This document shows, piece by piece, positions 48,692 to 58,079 of a DNA stretch of 64,000 nt. The DNA comes from a virus. Lineage: Duplodnaviria > Caudoviricetes. Each line of letters starts with the position of its first letter. Positions within the stretch are counted from its first letter, which is position 1. The position numbers and the translations under genes were made by a program. The stretch lies in the IMG/VR virus record IMGVR_UViG_3300014204_000162, positions 14,576 through 78,575 of that record; one strand, given 5' to 3'. Below the pieces are notes generated by a model. That model was not told where the DNA came from. It saw only the letters and a list, made by a program, of their open reading frames with translations, and ran no database searches.

Positions 48692-48979
48692 ATGGCATAT
48701 ACGCCAATAACATATCAAGCGAGAATAGTACAATATCCAAGGCGGGTTAGGTTAGATGAAACAATACCAGGTAGCGGAATATATGATTTGGTTGCTGTAC
48801 CTGGTACCGTATCACAGGTAGGTACTAGCACAAGCGCAGTAAACTTGAACCATGCAGAGCAAGGAATTAAGCAGGTAACGGATGATTTAGCGACGCATAA
48901 GGCAGAAAATGTGCAACAATTCAATACAGTAACAGCAGAATTTCAGAAAACAAGAATAAGGATGTATATGGGGGTGTAA
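48692..48979 (+). CDS. tail fibre anchor protein (cassette A)
   Basis: MAYTP...YDLVAVPGT...NLNHAEQGI; homologous to 50796 N-terminus. Confidence 0.6.
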   Translation: MAYTPITYQARIVQYPRRVRLDETIPGSGIYDLVAVPGTVSQVGTSTSAVNLNHAEQGIKQVTDDLATHKAENVQQFNTVTAEFQKTRIRMYMGV

Positions 48980-48982
48980 AAC

Positions 48983-49288
48983 ATGGCAGATACATTGAAA
49001 AATTTATACAAAGGCACATTGGGAACTTCTTCAGCTACACTTTATACCGTTCCAGCTTCAACAGCCACTATTGTAAAAGAAATTACCATTTGCAACAAAA
49101 CTGCTACGGATGCGACAGCAACTATAATGTTTGATGGAGCAAATATAGTATGCGGAAAAACAGTTACAAAGAATGATACTTACATTATTGAACTGCACTC
49201 TATACTTGAAACAGGAAAGATTATTGCTGGATTAGCAGGTACGGCAAGTGCTATAGACATATATATTAGTGGCATTGAGGTGGTATGA
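48983..49288 (+). CDS. tail-associated beta protein
   Basis: TLYTVPASTATIVKEITICN motif. Confidence 0.55.
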   Translation: MADTLKNLYKGTLGTSSATLYTVPASTATIVKEITICNKTATDATATIMFDGANIVCGKTVTKNDTYIIELHSILETGKIIAGLAGTASAIDIYISGIEVV

Positions 49289-49938
49289 TGGGAACCTTAC
49301 AAGGACTAGACAAATTTAAACTTGATGGCGTATTAAGTTATACTCATATTGACCCTACTAAATTAGTAAATATACCAACGTCTGCCACTGGAGAATGTAT
49401 TGTAGGAGTATTAGATAATGGGAGTATTGTTGTAAGCCAAGGGGCTGGTTTTTTTGAATTTTATAATGAAGCAGGTACAAGGATTAACTATTTTACAGGT
49501 AAAAATGGTAGTTTATACTATGCGTATAAAAATTATTTAATTTCAGGAGGTTTTAATACTAATTATATGTGGGTGTATGACAGTAATGGTACGCTAATAA
49601 AAACTATTGATTTACTTGGGAATTTACCGAGATATGTATGGGAAACAAAAAACAGAATTGTCATTGCAGTTGCTACAAGTAGTGACAGTTCTTCTGTGTG
49701 CAAATTATTATTTTTTACTAAAGACCTTGTATATGTAAATTTAATAGATAGCTCTCCCGGTACTTTCCCTTTTAACACGCCAATTATTGTAGATGATAAA
49801 ATTATTTTAGGTGTTTCAATTTATGGTAGCGATGTTTATTTAACTAATAGTAATAGATATTATTACCATCATATAATAAAAGATGATGGAACAATTATAA
49901 GCTCTGCAACTAAATATTTTAATAATGTTTTATTTTAG
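49285..49938 (+). CDS. putative receptor-binding protein (beta-rich)
   Basis: repeated short beta strands; position. Confidence 0.45.
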   Translation: MMGTLQGLDKFKLDGVLSYTHIDPTKLVNIPTSATGECIVGVLDNGSIVVSQGAGFFEFYNEAGTRINYFTGKNGSLYYAYKNYLISGGFNTNYMWVYDSNGTLIKTIDLLGNLPRYVWETKNRIVIAVATSSDSSSVCKLLFFTKDLVYVNLIDSSPGTFPFNTPIIVDDKIILGVSIYGSDVYLTNSNRYYYHHIIKDDGTIISSATKYFNNVLF

Positions 49939-49948
49939 GGGGTGCAAT

Positions 49949-50245
49949 ATGAAAATATTAAAAATCAATAATTTGATAAATAACATAGGCCAAATTAATT
50001 ATAAAGGGTTGGATATAAATTTATTTTTACCAGGAAGCCAGCAATATAAAATGGATTCAAGTGAATGTATACTAGCTACAAACCAAGAAACTATACCTGA
50101 CAATATAGATATAACAGTAATTATTGAAAATGAATATGTGGCCATTAAACAGCAGTATGATGCAGAGAAGCAACAGGTACAGCAATCAACAAAACAAAGA
50201 CTTGCTGATATTGAAATAGCACTTGCAAACATAATGGGGGTGTAA
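49949..50245 (+). CDS. tail fibre assembly chaperone-like protein
   Basis: C-terminal QRLADIEIALANI coiled coil. Confidence 0.5.
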   Translation: MKILKINNLINNIGQINYKGLDINLFLPGSQQYKMDSSECILATNQETIPDNIDITVIIENEYVAIKQQYDAEKQQVQQSTKQRLADIEIALANIMGV

Positions 50246-50248
50246 TAT

Positions 50249-50389
50249 ATGCTGAGTTGGAAGAAAAATATATTTGTCAATGCAATAAGAGCAAGAATGG
50301 TACAAGAAAATAGAACAAAAGAGGATATTATTGCTGAATATATAAAACTAACTGATGCAGAAAAGACTGAAATATTAGCGGCAATCTAA
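50249..50389 (+). CDS. small tail-associated protein (XkdX-like position)
   Basis: 46-aa ORF with ggggtg RBS. Confidence 0.5.
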   Translation: MLSWKKNIFVNAIRARMVQENRTKEDIIAEYIKLTDAEKTEILAAI

Positions 50390-50459
50390 GACGTATTAGA
50401 ATAATTATGTGTATAAAGTATGTAATTATACACATAGAATACACATGGAAAAAGGAGAC

Positions 50460-50627
50460 CTATTTCGTCTCCTTTTTGTAGTTTGCTATGTACTGCTTCA
50501 AAGCAATGGTAATTAGATTGGACATTGAACGATCTTCCTTTTGGCAAATTTCAATCAACTTGTCTTGAAGCTCAGGATCAATGGTAATGTCCATTCTAAC
50601 TTTTTTATTATTATTGAGCTTGGACAT
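50460..50627 (-). CDS. CopG/RHH transcriptional regulator
   Basis: KVRMDITIDPELQDKLIEICQKEDRSMSNLITIALKQY; ggaggtg RBS; promoter TTGACT-17-CATAAT on minus strand (50675-50647). Confidence 0.8.
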   Translation of the reverse strand: MSKLNNNKKVRMDITIDPELQDKLIEICQKEDRSMSNLITIALKQYIANYKKETK

Positions 50628-50795
50628 GGCAAACACCTCCGTGTATATTATGTGTAAAATATAGGCAATAGTCAATAAAATGCCATACATTAACATATAA
50701 TTACATAATATACCATAATTTTCCTATGAGAATAATTTTGCGTCATAAAGACACATATTTAGGTGTTATTTTTATGTCCGAAAGGGAGTGAACAA

Positions 50796-51359
50796 ATGGC
50801 ATACACACCAACAACATGGGAAGATAGAATATTAGAACATCCTATGCGTTTCCAGCAAGTTGAAACTGCAACTAGCGGCGTCTATGATTTAGTCGCCGTT
50901 CCTGGCACTATAGCACAAGAAGGCACACCACAAATAGCAACCAATTTCAACCATATGGAGCAAGGGATAGAAGATGTTACGGATGATTACGAAGCACATG
51001 CGGCTTTAAAAGCATCCGACACAGTTTTGGGACATGTCAAAGTAGATGCGGATACAATTGATATAGATGCAAATGGAGTAATATCAGCAGGAACTTATAT
51101 GGCAAAAATTGAAGCTGGAAGTTACACAGGCAATGGAGTTGCTAGTAGGGATATAACAACCAATTTTACACCTAAACTTGTTATACTCCAAGCCGTGACA
51201 GGTTCATATAACCCGATAATAATTAATTCTACAACATTTGGCAGAGCCGCTACAACAGTATCGACAAATATAAAGATAATAACTAACGGCTTTGAAGTAG
51301 GCACAGATTTAAGCAGTAATGTAAACGGCGTGAGCTATGAGTGGACTATTTTAGGATAG
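50796..51359 (+). CDS. tail fibre protein (cassette B)
   Basis: anchor homologous to 48692; GHVKV motif; GSYTGNG..RDITTNFTPKLV C-terminus. Confidence 0.7.
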   Translation: MAYTPTTWEDRILEHPMRFQQVETATSGVYDLVAVPGTIAQEGTPQIATNFNHMEQGIEDVTDDYEAHAALKASDTVLGHVKVDADTIDIDANGVISAGTYMAKIEAGSYTGNGVASRDITTNFTPKLVILQAVTGSYNPIIINSTTFGRAATTVSTNIKIITNGFEVGTDLSSNVNGVSYEWTILG

Positions 51360-51369
51360 GAGGGATTAG

Positions 51370-52113
51370 ATGTTATATACTGTTATAAACAAAAACACAG
51401 GACAGGAGATAAGAAGTCATAATGCATTTAGAATCGGCAGTTTAAATCCAAACATAATAATAGGTGAAAATGAGAAGGTTGTCCTTGTACCGAACACATT
51501 AATTGCCCAACTTAAAACAGCCTACGAATGTACTATAACCGCAAATACACAAGGTACAGCAACAGCAATTACGGTCACAAAGACGATGGAAGAGTGGGAA
51601 GCAGAACAACCACCATCAAGCGAACCAACTGCAGTAACATCAAGTACCATTGAAATTATGCGTAAGACCGAAGCTACGGAACCGGCAGAAGTAACGGTAA
51701 CGGATATGACTGATTACTGGGCTATCAAAGCCACAAGGAACGTGACAAGCGCGGTAATAAGTGAGGTAACATACTACACATATGAATATGTAGAAATTAT
51801 TGTTGTGAAGGATGCTAGAACTCAATCAGAAATTGAAGCAATAACATTAGCAAGGGAAAACGAGTTGTTTTCGGATACTGAATACCCTGCATTAAACCTC
51901 TATAAATCAACTACCAACTCAACTGACCTGATAAAGCTAATATTTGCACTGATAGACCAAAACAAAACCCTTAGTACAAATATTGCGACATTACAAGGAA
52001 ACATAACGACTATAAACGGCAGTATTACTACATTACAAGGCAACATTAGTACTATAAATAGTAGCATTACTTCGCTAGATAGTAGAATTACCATGCTGGA
52101 GGGGGGCGCTTAA
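51370..52113 (+). CDS. tail fibre-associated protein with heptad coiled coil
   Basis: C-terminal I-x-T-L/I-x-G/S heptads (IATLQGNITTINGSITTLQGN...). Confidence 0.55.
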   Translation: MLYTVINKNTGQEIRSHNAFRIGSLNPNIIIGENEKVVLVPNTLIAQLKTAYECTITANTQGTATAITVTKTMEEWEAEQPPSSEPTAVTSSTIEIMRKTEATEPAEVTVTDMTDYWAIKATRNVTSAVISEVTYYTYEYVEIIVVKDARTQSEIEAITLARENELFSDTEYPALNLYKSTTNSTDLIKLIFALIDQNKTLSTNIATLQGNITTINGSITTLQGNISTINSSITSLDSRITMLEGGA

Positions 52114-52116
52114 ATA

Positions 52117-52293
52117 ATGGCATTTACAGACATATTCATAGCCTTAATAGCAGAAGGAGAAATGACAAAGACTCAATTAATACAAAATTTAGACAACATA
52201 AAAAGCTACAATACATTAACGCTTGTTTTAATATCGGATGATGAGTATGCTCAAATACTTGCGATTATTAACGCCTCATCTTTAGCGGCATAA
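52117..52293 (+). CDS. small hypothetical protein
   Basis: 58-aa ORF. Confidence 0.45.
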   Translation: MAFTDIFIALIAEGEMTKTQLIQNLDNIKSYNTLTLVLISDDEYAQILAIINASSLAA

Positions 52294-52308
52294 GGGGGCG
52301 TTATTTTT

Positions 52309-52836
52309 ATGCAATTTTTAACAACCAATGCAACTCTAATATCCGCTTTTGTTATTTTAGTCTTGGCAGCATTGTTAATCTACAGCTTAAGCAGAAAAGG
52401 CATTATCATAAATAAAACCGAACACAAATATGTCCTACTCAACAAAGTTGAGGGACTACCAGAAGAAATGAAAGTGGCGGTGAGTGAAATGAGCAGGAAA
52501 AATTTATATAAGCTATTGACTATTTTTATGTGTGCAATATTGGCAGCCACAATAATAGGCTATCAGTACGCTATATTGAAATATGAGGGCAGTACACATA
52601 TGATACAAACGCAAAACATCAACATAAATAGCAATAGCCAAACACCGGAAAAAATAAACATAAACACAGCCACGAAAGATGAGTTAAAATTACTGCCAGG
52701 GATAGGCGATGGAATGGCACAAAAGATAATTGAGTACAGAAGTAAAAAGCCTTTTAAATCGATATATGAACTCATCAATATTGAGGGAATAGGCGAAAAA
52801 AACATTAAGGCTATAGAGGGGAGGGCAACGGTATAA
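52309..52836 (+). CDS. membrane-anchored ComEA-like helix-hairpin-helix DNA-binding protein
   Basis: two TM helices; KININTAT.DEL..LPGIG..MAQKIIEYR...F.SI.EL..I.GIG. Confidence 0.85.
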   Translation: MQFLTTNATLISAFVILVLAALLIYSLSRKGIIINKTEHKYVLLNKVEGLPEEMKVAVSEMSRKNLYKLLTIFMCAILAATIIGYQYAILKYEGSTHMIQTQNININSNSQTPEKININTATKDELKLLPGIGDGMAQKIIEYRSKKPFKSIYELINIEGIGEKNIKAIEGRATV

Positions 52837-53174
52837 TGGCTGACGCTGCATTAATTGGTGCTGCACTAACTGTATTTAGTACGGCTTGTGGTGCGATAGG
52901 GTGGGTTTACAAAGACACAAAAAAGGAAAAGGAACAGGAAAGAGGAAGAGCAGCAGACAGAGAAAATTATATTATTGAACAGGCAGAAAAAAGAGAAAAC
53001 CTATTGATGGAACATATACAAAAGTCAGATGAACATATCGAAGAATCAGACCGGGTATTGTCCAATATTGCGGCATCTGTTGGAAGGATATCAACGGATA
53101 TGGAGCATGTAAAAAACGATATACAGGAATTAAAACAACAGAAAGAAGATGTGAAAGATGCTAACACAGAATAA
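52836..53174 (+). CDS. holin-like / BhlA-type membrane protein
   Basis: single N-terminal TM plus coiled coil, in lysis cassette. Confidence 0.6.
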   Translation: MADAALIGAALTVFSTACGAIGWVYKDTKKEKEQERGRAADRENYIIEQAEKRENLLMEHIQKSDEHIEESDRVLSNIAASVGRISTDMEHVKNDIQELKQQKEDVKDANTE

Positions 53175-53982
53175 GAAATTGTGGGACGTATCGGGAATAG
53201 GAGCCTGGCAGAAAGCCGGATATACAGGCAAAGGAATAAATATTGCAGTTATGGATGATGCTTTCATACCTCACCCATTTACAAAGGCTATCTGTCCTCT
53301 TGATGATAGTATACCTATTAAAAGTGGTGCAGAATTTCACAAACCCAATTCCTGCAGCGTGAATAGGGAAGTTTGTCCAGATGCTAACATTTATGCACTT
53401 AATTGGTTTGGCAATGCTGAAGCTACTACAAAATGGCTTATTGAAAATAAAAGGATGATTGATGTTGTTAACTGCAGCTTTGAAAGTCCACGAGATTCCA
53501 AGAAAGAGTTGCTTACAGAACTTTCAAAACTGGATATACCTTTTATTTTTGCATCGGGAAATGAAAGCAGCAATAAGCCATGTTATCCTGCTGATATGGG
53601 ATTTGGTATAATTATGAGTGCATATCATATGCTCAAAAATGAGATACCGGCCTATGCAAACATAGGCCCAGGAGTTGACGCATTAGCATATACCTATGTC
53701 TATATACCCAATAGCCAGCAAAAACCGTTTGCAGAAGAAGGTACAAGCGCAGGAGCTTCATTGACAACAGGTATGGTAGCTTTATATATCCAGTGGAGGA
53801 AGAAACATGGATTCCCAAAGTTGACAGCTGATATATGCAAAAAGCATATTAAACGTAATGGGCATGGAAATGTTGATGGCTATAAAATATATAGGTTACC
53901 ATTGGTTGATGAGCTTGAATATAAGGTTGACACAGGGGTATATGCTTATTCGGGTTACCTAAGTGAATATTCGGGAATGTAG
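53158..53982 (+). CDS. S8 subtilisin-like serine protease
   Basis: GYTGKGINIAVMD (Asp), FH (His), ASGN oxyanion, GTSAGA (Ser). Confidence 0.75.
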   Translation: MLTQNKKLWDVSGIGAWQKAGYTGKGINIAVMDDAFIPHPFTKAICPLDDSIPIKSGAEFHKPNSCSVNREVCPDANIYALNWFGNAEATTKWLIENKRMIDVVNCSFESPRDSKKELLTELSKLDIPFIFASGNESSNKPCYPADMGFGIIMSAYHMLKNEIPAYANIGPGVDALAYTYVYIPNSQQKPFAEEGTSAGASLTTGMVALYIQWRKKHGFPKLTADICKKHIKRNGHGNVDGYKIYRLPLVDELEYKVDTGVYAYSGYLSEYSGM

Positions 53983-53995
53983 GAGGTGCAAAATA

Positions 53996-54688
53996 ATGGA
54001 ACAGCAAAAATTTATAAATGCTGTAAAGGACGGGGCAATAGAAGCCTATAGAAAATATAATATCTTTGCAAGCTTGACTATAGCACAAGCAATATTGGAG
54101 AGCGGTTGGGGCAAATATGCGCCTGGAAACAATTTGTTTGGTATTAAATGGTCAGAAGGGTGCGGCTATGATAAACAATTACTTGATACGCAAGAATGGG
54201 AAGGTGGCAAATATGTCACTATAAAGGCTTGTTTTAGGGCATATAATAGCATGGCCGACTCAGTCTACGACCATGCACAATTATTACTTGCAACCAGATA
54301 TGAGCCTGTAAGAGCATCAAAAACATATATTGAAGCTTGCCAGCAGATAAAAGTCTGTGGATATGCTACAAGCCCAACATATACCGAAAACCTTATCAAG
54401 CTAATAGAACAATATGAATTGTACAAATATGACGTAAAGGAGGAAAAGAAAGTGGAAAACCTTGTAGTATATGGCAATGTGTGGTATAAGGATTTAGCTG
54501 AAGGATTAGCAGAAAAGCTAAAATGCCCGGTACTGAATGGGGATATACCATACGATTATTCGGTTGTTAAGAATGTTTACTGCGTAGGTATTCCGGGCAA
54601 AATGGCATTTACAAGCTACGCAAAACAGGTAATTTACGGCGGCGATTGGACAGAGACTAAAAAATTAATAGACGGTTTTACAGTGTAA
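53996..54688 (+). CDS. endolysin, GH73 glucosaminidase
   Basis: SLTIAQAILESGWG, NNLFGIK, FRAYNS, GYATSPTY. Confidence 0.92.
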   Translation: MEQQKFINAVKDGAIEAYRKYNIFASLTIAQAILESGWGKYAPGNNLFGIKWSEGCGYDKQLLDTQEWEGGKYVTIKACFRAYNSMADSVYDHAQLLLATRYEPVRASKTYIEACQQIKVCGYATSPTYTENLIKLIEQYELYKYDVKEEKKVENLVVYGNVWYKDLAEGLAEKLKCPVLNGDIPYDYSVVKNVYCVGIPGKMAFTSYAKQVIYGGDWTETKKLIDGFTV

Positions 54689-54746
54689 CGAGGCATAGAG
54701 ATATGTCTTTTTATATTAAAAAATAAATTTATAGGAGGGTGTAAAA

Positions 54747-55115
54747 ATGTTAGATGCAAAAGTAGTATTGGTATTGGCGGTAATGTTGGTATTGGTAGGC
54801 GTGTATGCGGTATCGTTGTATAAAAAGTATAAAGAGCAGGGCAAAGATGCGGCATTACTTGATTTAAGGGAAACGGCATGGATGCTTTTCCAAAAGGCCG
54901 AAGAAAAATTCGGTGCAAAAACCGGCCCCGACAAAATGGCCTGGGCTGTAAAACAGTTTTATTTAACAGTAGCGCCGGAAATGGTCAAGCAATATCTACC
55001 AGAAAACACAGTTGAAGAATTTTTACAAAAGACTTTTGAATCAGGCTATGAAAAGCTAAAGGATTATTTAGATGATGGGGAAATAAACGATAGTACGCTT
55101 ACGGATGAAAAATAG
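54747..55115 (+). CDS. holin (LL-H-like)
   Basis: N-terminal TM; AEEKFGAKTGPDKM pattern. Confidence 0.65.
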   Translation: MLDAKVVLVLAVMLVLVGVYAVSLYKKYKEQGKDAALLDLRETAWMLFQKAEEKFGAKTGPDKMAWAVKQFYLTVAPEMVKQYLPENTVEEFLQKTFESGYEKLKDYLDDGEINDSTLTDEK

Positions 55116-55175
55116 CGGTAAAAAATCGGTAAAAGAACGGTAATTTTTCCACCTTATTTTAAGGTACAATAATAT
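55109..55175 (+). promoter_or_regulatory. putative activator-dependent late promoter (copy 2)
   Basis: CGGTAA at 55116, 55127, 55138 and TACAAT at 55165, same spacing as copy at 15632-15686. Confidence 0.7.
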
Positions 55176-55287
55176 TGTGAGGTCGTGCGAAATGCACGGC
55201 CTTTTTAGTTCTGGAAATTAAGAACTTGAGTATTCTTACTTGGGTTCTTTTTTTTATACAAAAATTTAATAATAAAGGAGTGCTAGC

Positions 55288-55986
55288 ATGAAATTAACAT
55301 TGGTTAAGAGCGGTAAATTCCTTGGGACTACCTGTGATTTTTACAGGGATGGAAATGACATCTTTATGAGTAGAACTCAATTAGGCAAGGCACTGCAGTA
55401 CAAAGATCCTGCAAATGCTATTCTCAGAATTCACGAAAGGCATTACGAAAGATTTGCTGACAAATATATCGAAGAGGTGGGTGCCAAATTGACACCCACC
55501 TCGAAGTTTTTAAGCGAAGAAAAAACAATATTCATGTATAACGAAAAGGGTATATATGAAATATGCAGGTGGTCTAAAACTAAAATAGCTGATGAATTTT
55601 ATGATTGGGTATACGATAAGATACAAAAATTAAAACATAATGGCTACTATATTTCAACAGAAAAAGATGAAGAATGGTTGGGCGTCCGTGAAGAGGGCAA
55701 AGAGGTTAGAAAAGAAGAAACAGACGGTATAAAACTATTTACGGAATATGCAAAGGCACAAGGTAGTAAGCATTATGACTGGTATTATAAACACTTTACC
55801 AATATAGCCAGGAAGAAGCTTAATATTCCGGACGGTTTAGAGCGTGACAGCATGACGCAGAAACAATTGAGAGATGTTATGTGCCTTGAATCGGTTATGG
55901 GTATGAAAATACCGAAAATGATAGAAACTGGTGAGCCATATAAGCAGGTATTTGAAGATGTAAAACAATGGATAAATGAAATATAA
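55288..55986 (+). CDS. BRO-N family antirepressor-like protein
   Basis: FMSRTQLGKALQYKDP...MYNEKGIYEICRWSKTKIADEFYDWV. Confidence 0.8.
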   Translation: MKLTLVKSGKFLGTTCDFYRDGNDIFMSRTQLGKALQYKDPANAILRIHERHYERFADKYIEEVGAKLTPTSKFLSEEKTIFMYNEKGIYEICRWSKTKIADEFYDWVYDKIQKLKHNGYYISTEKDEEWLGVREEGKEVRKEETDGIKLFTEYAKAQGSKHYDWYYKHFTNIARKKLNIPDGLERDSMTQKQLRDVMCLESVMGMKIPKMIETGEPYKQVFEDVKQWINEI

Positions 55987-56123
55987 AGTTCTGATAAAAA
56001 TATCAGGGCTTTTTTATTTGGATGCGCCATGTCGTGAGACACGCCTCCATCCTCCTGAAAACTGATGATAGGCCGGGTAAGTTCCGGCCGGTTTTCAGAA
56101 AATATTTTTAAGGAGGAATATAC

Positions 56124-56762
56124 ATGAATGAAATTGTAAAAACCGAATTATGGAACGGACATAATATAAGGTTTGTTTGGCACAATAACGAATGGTGGGC
56201 TGTAGGTAATGATGTTGCAAAAGCATTAATGTATTCAAGACCACATAAAGCAATTGCCGATAATTGTAAGGGGGCACTAACTCAGGACCTCCTCACAAAC
56301 GGTGGCGAGCAAAAGGCAAAAATAATTTCTGAAATTGATATTTATGAACTTATTTTTGTAGCAGCTAAACAGAGTGCAAACCCAGCAATTAAAATAAAAG
56401 CTGAAGAATTTAAAAATTGGGTTTATGGTATGCTCAAAGAATTGCGGTTGGCATCAGGATTGGAAGGGTTCCAAATTTTTAGGATGCTTGATAAAGAGCA
56501 CCAAAAAAAAATGATGAATAGCTTAAAAAACAGTTTAAAACAAGCTGTAAAAATAGACTATATCAAAGCTAATACTATAGCTAATAAGGCAACCTCTACG
56601 ATGTTTGGTTATCCTAAATTAGTTAAAAAGGATAAAATGACGCCTGAAATGTTAGTTAAGCGTGAAGAAGTGCTTGCCGATACTGTAGAACTTATGACGG
56701 TAATTGATAAATACGATCTTGAATGTTCTACAAGTGAAAAAATATATAAAAAGTATAATTAA
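56124..56762 (+). CDS. BRO-N family antirepressor-like protein
   Basis: WNGHNIRFV...WAVGNDVAKALMY...ISEIDIYELI...AEEFKNWV. Confidence 0.85.
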   Translation: MNEIVKTELWNGHNIRFVWHNNEWWAVGNDVAKALMYSRPHKAIADNCKGALTQDLLTNGGEQKAKIISEIDIYELIFVAAKQSANPAIKIKAEEFKNWVYGMLKELRLASGLEGFQIFRMLDKEHQKKMMNSLKNSLKQAVKIDYIKANTIANKATSTMFGYPKLVKKDKMTPEMLVKREEVLADTVELMTVIDKYDLECSTSEKIYKKYN

Positions 56763-56868
56763 ACAACCTAACCCCGGATTTCTCCGGGGCCTTTTGTTCT
56801 ATGTATCTTTAGTATAAACAAGTTAGAAATGTATCTTTAATATAAATAAATTTGAAGGGGGTGAATTT

Positions 56869-57669
56869 ATGACAAATACCGAGATAATATACAAGGCTCT
56901 TGGAAGCCCACCAGTAGATGCAGAACCTTATGAGGGACATTGTAAAATATGTGGCAAACCAATTACAGAGGGGATAAAAGAGAAAGATGTTATATCAGGA
57001 AGTTTTACAAATTGGTCAGAGCTTAAAAAAATAGATAGTAACCATGTCTGTAAAGCCTGTACTTACTGCATTAAAGATGTGCAGTTAAGGTACAACAATT
57101 TTGTAGCAACAGAATTTAATATATATCTACTTAAAAAGAATGACTTGGAAGAATACCTGTTCAACCTAGAAAAATATGTAGCAAGTGATTTTGTATTTGG
57201 GGTTACAACATCATTTAAAAAACACAATAGCTTTAGGTGCCGGGTAAACAGCAACCCCAAACAGTTCTATATTCGGCAGGAGGACAAAGAGTACCTATTT
57301 GATGTTGATAAACTGAAACCTGTCTACGAAAAACTTAATATAGCGTATCTTCAATTTAACAAGGACGAGCTATTGACGGGCAATTATGGGATGTTGGGTA
57401 TTGAACAATTTGGGCTGGAAAAATTCCAGGAGTATGAAGCAATATTCAAGCAATATAGAGGGTCCGCACAATATGAATTGCTCATTTTTGCAATGAACAG
57501 TGAAAAACGTCAAGAGTATATGCAAGCAAAAATAGAAGCTCAAAAGGCTGAAAAGGCAAGGCTGAAGGAAATTGAAAAAGAAAAATTAAAGGAGGAAAAA
57601 GGAAAATGTCAGAAATCAAAATTGAAGCAACAAGAAAAAATATCAGGGACGCAGCTGTCTCTACTTTAA
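56869..57669 (+). CDS. csf1: type IV CRISPR-associated large subunit Csf1 (Cas8-like)
   Basis: CKICG...SFTNW...VCKACTYC Zn motif, KKHNSF; first gene of csf operon. Confidence 0.75.
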   Translation: MTNTEIIYKALGSPPVDAEPYEGHCKICGKPITEGIKEKDVISGSFTNWSELKKIDSNHVCKACTYCIKDVQLRYNNFVATEFNIYLLKKNDLEEYLFNLEKYVASDFVFGVTTSFKKHNSFRCRVNSNPKQFYIRQEDKEYLFDVDKLKPVYEKLNIAYLQFNKDELLTGNYGMLGIEQFGLEKFQEYEAIFKQYRGSAQYELLIFAMNSEKRQEYMQAKIEAQKAEKARLKEIEKEKLKEEKGKCQKSKLKQQEKISGTQLSLL

Positions 57670-58079
57670 CTAACGTGTGGGGACAGATCGACTGGGAGAA
57701 AACAGACAAAAGCAGGCTATTGGGTATATGGGATGAATTTGCCGACAAGATAGCGGCAATAGCAAGAACCACAAACAGATACGAGGTGTTTGTCGAGAGA
57801 TTATGTGGTGAAATGGGAGTACGGTCCTTAAGATTTCGTGATGTTAACGACATACAGCAACAGGACGATCTTTTTAAAAAGGCTGTAGTCAAAATACTCA
57901 GAGAGGAAACAAGGCCACTCGTTCTTGAAGTTAGGTTGAATAACCAGGTCCGTAAAGAACAAGCACAGCTGAAAAAAGAAAAGGAAGAACAGGAGAAAAA
58001 GCAGAAGGAGCTTGAAACTGAACAGGCTATGAATAAGCAGGTATCATTTACGGAGAAGGGGGATGCTGTAGTTGAATAG
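57606..58079 (+). CDS. cas11: type IV-B small subunit (Cas11-like)
   Basis: helical 157 aa between csf1 and csf2, the IV-B position. Confidence 0.6.
   Translation: MSEIKIEATRKNIRDAAVSTLTNVWGQIDWEKTDKSRLLGIWDEFADKIAAIARTTNRYEVFVERLCGEMGVRSLRFRDVNDIQQQDDLFKKAVVKILREETRPLVLEVRLNNQVRKEQAQLKKEKEEQEKKQKELETEQAMNKQVSFTEKGDAVVE

Noticed and set aside
48692-52293. Invertible tail-fibre switch or DGR
   Set aside because: Both cassettes are on the same strand; no invertase, inverted crossover sites, reverse transcriptase or TR/VR pair were seen
56801-56846. CRISPR mini-array upstream of csf1
   Set aside because: Only two 18-bp repeats with a 10-nt gap; too short for a repeat-spacer unit
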